15,581 bases of DNA, taken from positions 1-15,581 of the forward strand of contig JAEOUH010000090.1 of assembly GCA_016839365.1 (NCBI GenBank). The letters run 5' to 3'. A program made the position numbers and the translations under genes. This stretch comes from Candidatus Hermodarchaeota archaeon. Lineage in GTDB: Archaea > Asgardarchaeota > Hermodarchaeia > Hermodarchaeales > Hermodarchaeaceae. This document shows, in pieces, positions 1-6,959 of the stretch (positions within the stretch are counted from its first letter, which is position 1; the number at the start of each line of letters is the position of its first letter). Below the pieces are notes generated by a model. It did not search any database, was not told the DNA's origin, and saw nothing but the letters and a program-made list of their open reading frames with translations.

Positions 1-1209
1 CACACAACAGCTGCGTTAATCGGAGCGGTTTTGGTATCGATAGCCCTAATCATCAATGGAGTTACTGGCCAAGAAATCTTGGCGATGGTGCGGCTAGAAC
101 CGATACTGGTCATCACCGGGATGACCGTTGTGGCGGAGGTTATGCGGGGAGCCGGTGTCTTTCAATTTTTTGCCGTCTACTTCATCCGGTTAACGCGAGG
201 AGATCCCAAAAAGCTCTTTGTCATATTTTGTGGAATGAGCGCAGCGCTATCCTCGGTCCTAATGAATACTGTGGTAATTCTAATCATGGGGTATTTAGTG
301 ATTCTAACCTGTTATGCCCTTGAAATTAAGCCACATGGACTCTTGCTAGGAGTATTGTTAGCGGTTGGCGTCGGTGGTGCATTCTCACTTATTGGAACAG
401 CATCGAACGTTATTATTGCTGATTTTGCGGGGTTTGGATTTGATTATTACCTTATACGTTTTGGAGTTTTTGCCATTATCGCGTTCACCGTGTCATTGGG
501 CGCCGTTTTTTTGGTAGTTCGGCGCCAGTTAACTATCGAAGATTCGAAGGCGATTGATCGAATACGGGAGTTAGATCCGTGGATGATGGTTCCCAATCGG
601 CGATTGTTTTGGGTGTATGCGGGACTCTTTGCCTTACTCATCGTAGCTTTTGCCCTGTTTCGTCAACCCTTTGTAGTTGCCATTGGGGGGATGATGGTAT
701 TCATGCTTGTCAGTCATGCGGATCCCCGGGCAAGCCTTCGTGATGTAGAGTGGACCATTATCTTTTTCATTGGTGGGCTCTTCGTTGTGGCAGGAGCCCT
801 CCAGCTTGTTGGAATTCTTAGCATACTTTCAAACGCCATTCTTATGGCAAGTGGCGGATTACTGATTCCAGCTTCATTGATGCTGTTATGGAGCACCTGG
901 ATTGGAACATTCTTCATTGGAAATTCACCTATCGCCACAGTCTTTGCACCCCTAGCGGGCGAAATAGCTACCATCATGGGTTGGCCGATTGGAGTACGTG
1001 ATCCACTATTTTGGGGCGTGGGATTTGGCGCCGCCCTTGGTGGGATAACAAGCCCCTTTGGTGCTGTACCCTTGCTTGTGTTATCAATGGTGAGTTTCAA
1101 AGATTCGAAGCTGTCTTGGCGCCGGTTTCTCATAATAGGGACACTTGTGAACATTCTGCAAATTGGGCTATGTTCGCTTTTTATCATGCTTTTCGCCCTT
1201 CCCATCTGA
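1..1209 (+). CDS. ArsB/NhaD (ion transporter superfamily, P-protein/CitMHS-like) permease, 5' end outside window
   Basis: Frame is open from base 1 (HTTAALIGAVLVSIAL...), so the TTG at 31 is not the true start. About 11 hydrophobic segments. Family-like motifs GMTVVAEVMRGAGVF, GGAFSLIGTASNVII, VEWTIIFFIGGLFVV, LFWGVGFGAALGG. Stop TGA at 1207-1209. Confidence 0.8.
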   Translation, partial: HTTAALIGAVLVSIALIINGVTGQEILAMVRLEPILVITGMTVVAEVMRGAGVFQFFAVYFIRLTRGDPKKLFVIFCGMSAALSSVLMNTVVILIMGYLVILTCYALEIKPHGLLLGVLLAVGVGGAFSLIGTASNVIIADFAGFGFDYYLIRFGVFAIIAFTVSLGAVFLVVRRQLTIEDSKAIDRIRELDPWMMVPNRRLFWVYAGLFALLIVAFALFRQPFVVAIGGMMVFMLVSHADPRASLRDVEWTIIFFIGGLFVVAGALQLVGILSILSNAILMASGGLLIPASLMLLWSTWIGTFFIGNSPIATVFAPLAGEIATIMGWPIGVRDPLFWGVGFGAALGGITSPFGAVPLLVLSMVSFKDSKLSWRRFLIIGTLVNILQIGLCSLFIMLFALPI

Positions 1210-1256
1210 GAACGAGGAAGGGACTTCATATGTGGTGGTTGAAAGTAGATGCGATG

Positions 1257-1472
1257 CTACTCGGATTCCTCTAAATAGCCCCATGAGATTCCCTGAAAGA
1301 TGCGCTCTAAAATATAGTAAAGAATGGTTTTCAGAAAGTTAGCGATAAGGGCGATTAGCAATGATGTCTCAATGCTCCCTGTAAATAGCCACGCGACCAA
1401 ATAGGTGACCGTCAAGGCGACTGCCCGCCAAATCAATGCTTTCACAATTGAACGAGTTCGTGTCTCTCTCAA
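1257..1472 (-). CDS. DUF2061-like small membrane protein (71 aa)
   Basis: ETRTRSIVKALIWR...WLFTGS...KTILYYILERIF..ISWG follows the DUF2061 pattern (RSxxKAxSWR...TG...KxxLYYxHERxW..xWG). TTG start preceded by GAGGTGGAGG on the minus strand. Confidence 0.8.
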   Translation of the reverse strand: MRETRTRSIVKALIWRAVALTVTYLVAWLFTGSIETSLLIALIANFLKTILYYILERIFQGISWGYLEESE

Positions 1473-1815
1473 TAACCTCCACCTCGCTGAGGATTATGCG
1501 GAAGTATTGTTAGACAATAATTTGTATAAATATCTGTCTATTACAAAATTGTTCACAGGAAAAGCTGTCCTTTTAGCAGTTTAAATAGCGCTTGTCATGA
1601 TTGCCAATAATTTCAAGATAATATTGTTTGTCAAACTTTGGAAATGATATTTTTCAAAGTGTTTTTGTTTTTTCGTTCACCTCTAGTAAATGCAAGGGTG
1701 TGAAGAGTCAGCCTGTGTAACTATAGAGGTCCTAAAAAATCGCACATCCTTACAACAAAACTTTGGAGATTGAATGAGAACGTGGTAACAAAGGATCCTT
1801 ATGGGGTGGTAGAAT

Positions 1816-2046
1816 TTGAAGTATTGGACGTGTCCTGAATGTGGAGTATCTAATTTTATTCATTTACGTTTGTGCCAGCATTGTCGTTATATCCGGCGAG
1901 AGGCCGATGTGACACTAACAACAATTGATTTTTGGAAATGCCAATGGTGTGGGGCGCTTAACGTTATGCCTCGTTACATCTGCCGTAATTGCTATCAAAC
2001 GCGCTATCGCGTCCCCCTTCCTACTTCTGAGAGTAAAAAAAAGTAA
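1816..2046 (+). CDS. Small protein with two RanBP2/NZF-type zinc fingers (76 aa)
   Basis: WTCPECGVSNFIHLRLCQHC and WKCQWCGALNVMPRYICRNC both fit W-x-C-x2-C-x3-N-x6-C-x2-C exactly. GGGGTGG SD-like motif just upstream of the TTG. Confidence 0.8.
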   Translation: MKYWTCPECGVSNFIHLRLCQHCRYIRREADVTLTTIDFWKCQWCGALNVMPRYICRNCYQTRYRVPLPTSESKKK

Positions 2047-2189
2047 ATTCTCATCAGGAATAACAAAACTAGTTGCAGCCATTGATAGCCTTTCTTAAAC
2101 AGGGCAAGCTTTTTTGTCTTAGCTACGTTACTTGACAATTAGAGTTATCATGTGTATTTCTCCACCGAAATCATGAGAAGGACCACAAG

Positions 2190-4718
2190 ATGAATGTATA
2201 TGCGGCTTTAGCCCACCCACTCCGCGAACAAATTCTTCGGATATTAGACGCTGAACGACTAATCACCTATAATGATTTGATGAAAAGATTAGGGCTTAAG
2301 AAAACAGGCCTATTCAATTATCATCTCAAAAAACTCGAGGGGTTCATTGAGAAGCGGAATGGCTTCTATCAGCTTTCAGCCGCAGGAGCAAATGCGATCC
2401 GGCTTATGACCGCTAAGGAACAATTGATGGCCGGAGAATCAATCGATCTTAGCGAAGCTGATTCACGTGGTGCAATTTTCCGTATTGGGGTGATTGTCTG
2501 TTCTTGTGGTGAGGAAATTCATCAAGCCATTAATGTCGGGGAGCTTATGGAGAAAATTAATGATCTGCCCTACGTTGAACGCACGATGGTGTTTCAGCAT
2601 TTATGTTTGTTAGAAAACGTTGAGAAGCTTAAAGCATGGTGTGATCGGTATTTTTTAAATAATCTTGTAATCGCGGCCTGTTCTCCTCGTCTTCACAGCC
2701 AAATATTTTCCACTATTCGAATGCAATTGGATATACCGATTGAATTTGCCAATATACGTGAACATTGTGCTTGGGTTCACAGTAATAAGCCCGAACAAGC
2801 CACAGAAAAAGCGTTACTTCTAATACGAGCCAGCGTTGAAATGCTCCGGCACCGGGTTTCAATTCCTAAGCGTACTTTACCAATTCGGAAAAGTGTCGCC
2901 ATCATTGGCGGTGGTCTAGCCGGATTAGAGGCGGCTAAGGTGTTGACCCAATCCAACTATTCCATTATTCTATTAGAGAAAGAGTCGTGCCTAGGTGGAA
3001 TCGCGCGGCGATGGGAAAGCATCTATGGGGCCATTGATTGCGGTCCATGTATGATTGCTGAGGATGTATCCTCAGTTATGCTTTCTGGGAATATACGAAT
3101 TCTTACTAATACAGAACTCTCCGATATTTCAGGAACAATCGGCAATTATGAGATTACGGCTCTACAACAGCCCCGATATATCGATCTATCAAAATGCATC
3201 ATGTGCGGCTCTTGTGTCGATGTATGTCCTGAGTCTCGTCCAGATGAATTTGAGCACCACATTACCCAACGTAAACTCATCCATCTGCCGTGCCCTGCCG
3301 CATATCCCAATAGACCCGTCATTGAACAGGAGGATATTGATTTTTGCCGGACATGCCGAAAATGCGAAAAAGCATGTCCCTCTAAAGCGATTAATCTTGA
3401 TCAAGAACCTGTAATTAAGAAGTTCACTGTTGGCGCTATAATTCTTGCAACAGGGGCAGAAGTATGCGATCCTAAAACCTTACCACCCCAAGGTGCAATT
3501 CAATATAACCCCGCTAAGGATATTATCACTTCATCTGAATTTGAACGAATGTTAGCGCCTGATGGGCCAACGGGAGGCAAAATAATCTGCCCAACAACAG
3601 GCCAACCTGCCCAGTCCATAATTGTTCTCCAATGTCAGAACCGAAATAGGACATGTTCACACTATTGTTGTAATGTCGGGCTCAAATACCTAGAGATTGT
3701 AGAAAAAAAGGCCCCTAATACTTCTATCAATGTTCTTTACCAGATATCCCTAATTCCACCTGATCGAACCACCTTCATCCCTGAATATTCTCATATTCAC
3801 TTTTGTGAAAGTATAAAGATCATTCATCGGGGACATAAACGCTTAATCCAAACTGATACAAATTCATTCCCAGCAGATCTTATTGTTCTCAATATGGGTA
3901 TGACGCCAGGAGACCAACAACTAACCCTTCGTAGCATGACTAATTTTTCCTTGGATAGACTTGGGTACATTGATCCAAAGAGCTTATCTTCAGGTATTTG
4001 GGCTTGCGGGTCTATAACTGGTCCTAAAGCTTATGCCAAATTAGTAACAGATTCGCGAGATACTGCATTAGAAGTTCTTCTTCTCTTAGGAAAAGATAGC
4101 CTCCCTGCAGGGGACATGCCAATTCAAATTAACAAAGAAAAATGTGGATTATGTAATCTCTGTGTTGAGTCATGTCCCTTTAACGCTCTCACCATCATAG
4201 CTGACACACTTCGTATCGATACCCTGAAATGTGAAGGCTGTGGAGCCTGTATCGCTATATGCCCGACCGGTGCCCTATCTTCCCCTCCAATTCAGGAGGA
4301 GATTCAAGCGGCAATGGTTGCCCTCTCAATGAGCACAACCTCCCCCCGAATACTTGTGTTTTCCTGCGACTCATGTGGATACCCTGCAGTAGATAATGCG
4401 GGCATTCGCCGACTGGACTATGATCCAGGTGCAATGGTCATCAGATTGCCTTGCGCGGGTTCAATCGATGCAAATTATGTAATAACAGCGTTAAATCTCG
4501 GATTTGATGGCGTTGTGGTTGTTGGCTGTCATGAAACAGCTTGCCGGTTCTTTGAAGGTATCAAGAAGGCTCAGACACGAATTGGTGTTCTCGCTGCTTT
4601 TTATGGAGACGAATTACAAAATCGCGTACGTGTATTGAATGTGTCAGCCGTTGAGGGCCACGAGTTCGCGAACCAGGTCAATCAATTTTCCACTGAACTA
4701 AAGGAGCTAATAAGCTAA
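2190..4718 (+). CDS. hdrA: Fusion protein: N-terminal ArsR-like winged helix-turn-helix + heterodisulfide reductase subunit A-like FAD/FeS protein + C-terminal MvhD [2Fe-2S] domain (842 aa)
   Basis: aa 1-73 are wHTH-like (YAALAHPLREQILRIL...TGLFNYHLKKLEGFIEK...YQLSAAG). HdrA motifs: RIGVIVCSCG, VIAACSPRLH, ANIREHCAWVH, IIGGGLAGL, inserted ferredoxin CIMCGSCVDVCP / CRTCRKCEKACP, VGAIILATG, EFERMLAPDGPTGG, CSHYCC, GIWACG..TGPK, and a C-terminal 2x[4Fe-4S] domain. MvhD from about nt 4344: ILVFSCDSCGY, IRLPCAGSID, GFDGVVVVGCHETAC, NVSAVEG. Confidence 0.92.
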   Translation: MNVYAALAHPLREQILRILDAERLITYNDLMKRLGLKKTGLFNYHLKKLEGFIEKRNGFYQLSAAGANAIRLMTAKEQLMAGESIDLSEADSRGAIFRIGVIVCSCGEEIHQAINVGELMEKINDLPYVERTMVFQHLCLLENVEKLKAWCDRYFLNNLVIAACSPRLHSQIFSTIRMQLDIPIEFANIREHCAWVHSNKPEQATEKALLLIRASVEMLRHRVSIPKRTLPIRKSVAIIGGGLAGLEAAKVLTQSNYSIILLEKESCLGGIARRWESIYGAIDCGPCMIAEDVSSVMLSGNIRILTNTELSDISGTIGNYEITALQQPRYIDLSKCIMCGSCVDVCPESRPDEFEHHITQRKLIHLPCPAAYPNRPVIEQEDIDFCRTCRKCEKACPSKAINLDQEPVIKKFTVGAIILATGAEVCDPKTLPPQGAIQYNPAKDIITSSEFERMLAPDGPTGGKIICPTTGQPAQSIIVLQCQNRNRTCSHYCCNVGLKYLEIVEKKAPNTSINVLYQISLIPPDRTTFIPEYSHIHFCESIKIIHRGHKRLIQTDTNSFPADLIVLNMGMTPGDQQLTLRSMTNFSLDRLGYIDPKSLSSGIWACGSITGPKAYAKLVTDSRDTALEVLLLLGKDSLPAGDMPIQINKEKCGLCNLCVESCPFNALTIIADTLRIDTLKCEGCGACIAICPTGALSSPPIQEEIQAAMVALSMSTTSPRILVFSCDSCGYPAVDNAGIRRLDYDPGAMVIRLPCAGSIDANYVITALNLGFDGVVVVGCHETACRFFEGIKKAQTRIGVLAAFYGDELQNRVRVLNVSAVEGHEFANQVNQFSTELKELIS

Positions 4719-5452
4719 TGACCAAGATTGGGTTTCTTCAGCTAAACTCTTGTAGCGGGTGTATGTTTGCAGTACTTGGTAGTGCCCTATTTCCTGAACT
4801 CCTAAAATCAGTTGATATTCGTTTGTTTCGATTAATCTCTGATATTCAAGTTGATACTGATTTAGATATCGCCTTTGTAGAAGGCGGAGTCACTCGAGAT
4901 GAAGACGCAGAGCTTCTTCGAAGACTATGGACCGCCGGAACCAAAATCATCGCTTTGGGAAGCTGTGCCGTTCTTGGTGGAATAATGAGCCAATCCCCCA
5001 ACATGCATATCGATCCCATCAGTAAATTCGTTGATTTACACTTGTCATTACCTGGCTGTCCGCCACCACGAAAGCTACTTGGAAATCTTTTGATGAGTGC
5101 AATTGATGGTTCTGAAATCACCCTCCCTGAGAAAAACGTGTGTGGAGAGTGCCCGTTTGCACAAGATCAAGCATTTGATGTTGAGATAACGTCCTTACAT
5201 AACATACACCCACCCCAAAGCTGTTTCTTACGCGAGGGAATACTCTGCTTAGGCCCAATAACCCGTGCCGGGTGTGAAGCCCTTTGTATTAACGGAGCCA
5301 CGCCCTGTGATGGCTGTATGGGTACCATAGACCGGAATCTGCCCTCCACTATTGCTAACTTCTTTTCTCTCATAAAAGTGAGCGACGCCATTCGAAAGTA
5401 TGCAGCTCTCGCTTTTAGATACCAAAAACCGGAGCTGAAGTTCAAACAATGA
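4718..5452 (+). CDS. mvhG: Group 3 (3c-like) [NiFe]-hydrogenase small subunit, MvhG-like
   Basis: CSGC, FVEGGV, ALGSCAVLGGI, LPGCPP, VCGECP, CLGPITRAGCEALC...PCDGCMG. The start overlaps the upstream stop (TAATG). Confidence 0.88.
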   Translation: MTKIGFLQLNSCSGCMFAVLGSALFPELLKSVDIRLFRLISDIQVDTDLDIAFVEGGVTRDEDAELLRRLWTAGTKIIALGSCAVLGGIMSQSPNMHIDPISKFVDLHLSLPGCPPPRKLLGNLLMSAIDGSEITLPEKNVCGECPFAQDQAFDVEITSLHNIHPPQSCFLREGILCLGPITRAGCEALCINGATPCDGCMGTIDRNLPSTIANFFSLIKVSDAIRKYAALAFRYQKPELKFKQ

Positions 5453-6783
5453 AAATTCGGCTATCTTTACCAATGACACGTATTGAAGGCGAAAGCAAGC
5501 TCATTGTGACGCGAGACAAGGATCGCATAACAAATGTTGTATATAATATGCCAACTGCACGAGACTTTTTGAATGTTCTAATTGGACAACACATTAATGA
5601 CTTACCAAAAATTGTTCCCCGGATCTGTGGAATTTGTCCAGTTGCCCATAGAATTGGAGCAATAAAAGCAATAGAATCGACAACTGATGTATCAATCCCC
5701 CCAATTGCCGAGTTAATCCGCGAACTAGCGCTCCTGGGGGAAATCATCCGATCGCATACATATAGTGTGTTTTTTTCTACTTTGGCGGATTTGATGTATC
5801 TTACAAACCAAATTTCTCGACAAGACATCTTTGGCATTGATCGCATGCAACCACGGGTTCTACCAATTGCTACAAAATTATACGATTGTGCAGAAGCGTT
5901 AATCACAGCAACAGCGGGTAATACTAATTTGGCCTTTAACCTGATTCCAGGTGGAGTCGTACAAAACATCAGTAGTACTCAACAGCAAGATCTTATCCAA
6001 CAACTTTCGTTAACACTCTCGGGAGTAAAATGGGCTAAAGAATATTACAATTTGCTCCTAAATGAAATTGAAGAGGAAATCCAAAACTATGCACTTCCTC
6101 GTCCGCTTTATATCAGCTCCTTTGAAACAAAGGCCAATCGATTTTCTGGTATTAATCAAGTCCAGTTCATTTCAGATGATGGAATACAAGAAACCATTTC
6201 CGGTGATGATTTTTCTGAATATCTAGTGGAGCAGGACTTGGTAGAGGCCCCCACAAAGGTTGCGTATATCAAATCAAACGAGGAATCCAAGAATCTTCTA
6301 GCGGGACCATATGCCCGACTAGCTGTACTCCAGTCTAAGCCAAGAAAAAGTAAGAAATCGTCCATTGGAGAGCCTAACCTGTTTCGATCCGGGCTTCTTC
6401 GAATTGATGAAATGGAATTCGCTCTCACGAATGCAATCAATCTGTTGGAAACAGAATGGTCGAAAGATGAAGACGTATCAATTGGGGTGAATCCGGGAAC
6501 CAGAGTTGGGGCTAGCGCCGTTGAAGCTCCACGGGGAATCCTCCTTTATCGAGTAAGAACAAATGGGGGCAACAGAATCGAAGATATCGATATTCGAGTG
6601 CCAACAGAGCTTAATGCCCGTGCGATAGCTGTGATTGTAAAAAACGTTATGAATGCTTGCATAAATCTTGGTTGGCCAAATGAAAAAATCCTTGAACGGG
6701 CAATGATGGCCGTTCGATGTTTTGATCCCTGTGTTTCGTGTGCAGCTCATACAGATATTAGATTCCGAGAAGCGAGATGCTAG
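5449..6783 (+). CDS. mvhA: Group 3 (3c-like) [NiFe]-hydrogenase large subunit, MvhA-like
   Basis: TRIEG, L1 motif PRICGICPVAH, VEAPRG, VPT, and L2 motif RCFDPCVSCAAH followed by a 10-aa tail typical of a maturation-cleaved extension. ATGA overlap with the mvhG stop. Confidence 0.9.
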   Translation: MKIRLSLPMTRIEGESKLIVTRDKDRITNVVYNMPTARDFLNVLIGQHINDLPKIVPRICGICPVAHRIGAIKAIESTTDVSIPPIAELIRELALLGEIIRSHTYSVFFSTLADLMYLTNQISRQDIFGIDRMQPRVLPIATKLYDCAEALITATAGNTNLAFNLIPGGVVQNISSTQQQDLIQQLSLTLSGVKWAKEYYNLLLNEIEEEIQNYALPRPLYISSFETKANRFSGINQVQFISDDGIQETISGDDFSEYLVEQDLVEAPTKVAYIKSNEESKNLLAGPYARLAVLQSKPRKSKKSSIGEPNLFRSGLLRIDEMEFALTNAINLLETEWSKDEDVSIGVNPGTRVGASAVEAPRGILLYRVRTNGGNRIEDIDIRVPTELNARAIAVIVKNVMNACINLGWPNEKILERAMMAVRCFDPCVSCAAHTDIRFREARC

Positions 6784-6959
6784 AGAACGAAAATCATGAT
6801 TTGAACTTAGGAGATACCGCCACGATCTAGTTCACAAGATGTGCATTGGACAACGAGCTTGACGATAAAAATTGTCATGTTTTCATTCAAAATAAATTTT
6901 CATCGCCTTTTTCTCAGATTGGAAGAAGTCTTAACTGCCTAACACTGGTAGGTGATCGT

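Noticed and set aside
2190-6783. Selenocysteine recoding in HdrA, MvhD or MvhA
   Set aside because: All ORFs are open with Cys at every ligand position. The only TGA is the mvhG stop overlapping the mvhA start.
1208-6790. GAGAACGA immediately after the stops of the permease and mvhA
   Set aside because: An 8-mer in two copies with no associated structure, compatible with chance.
6846-6959. ORF-track N-terminal extensions of mtd (6846), and likewise of the ADC gene (8720) and HACD gene (9634)
   Set aside because: The extensions run through promoter-like AT-rich DNA. Downstream starts at 6960, 8810 and 9676 have SD motifs or give family-typical N-termini.
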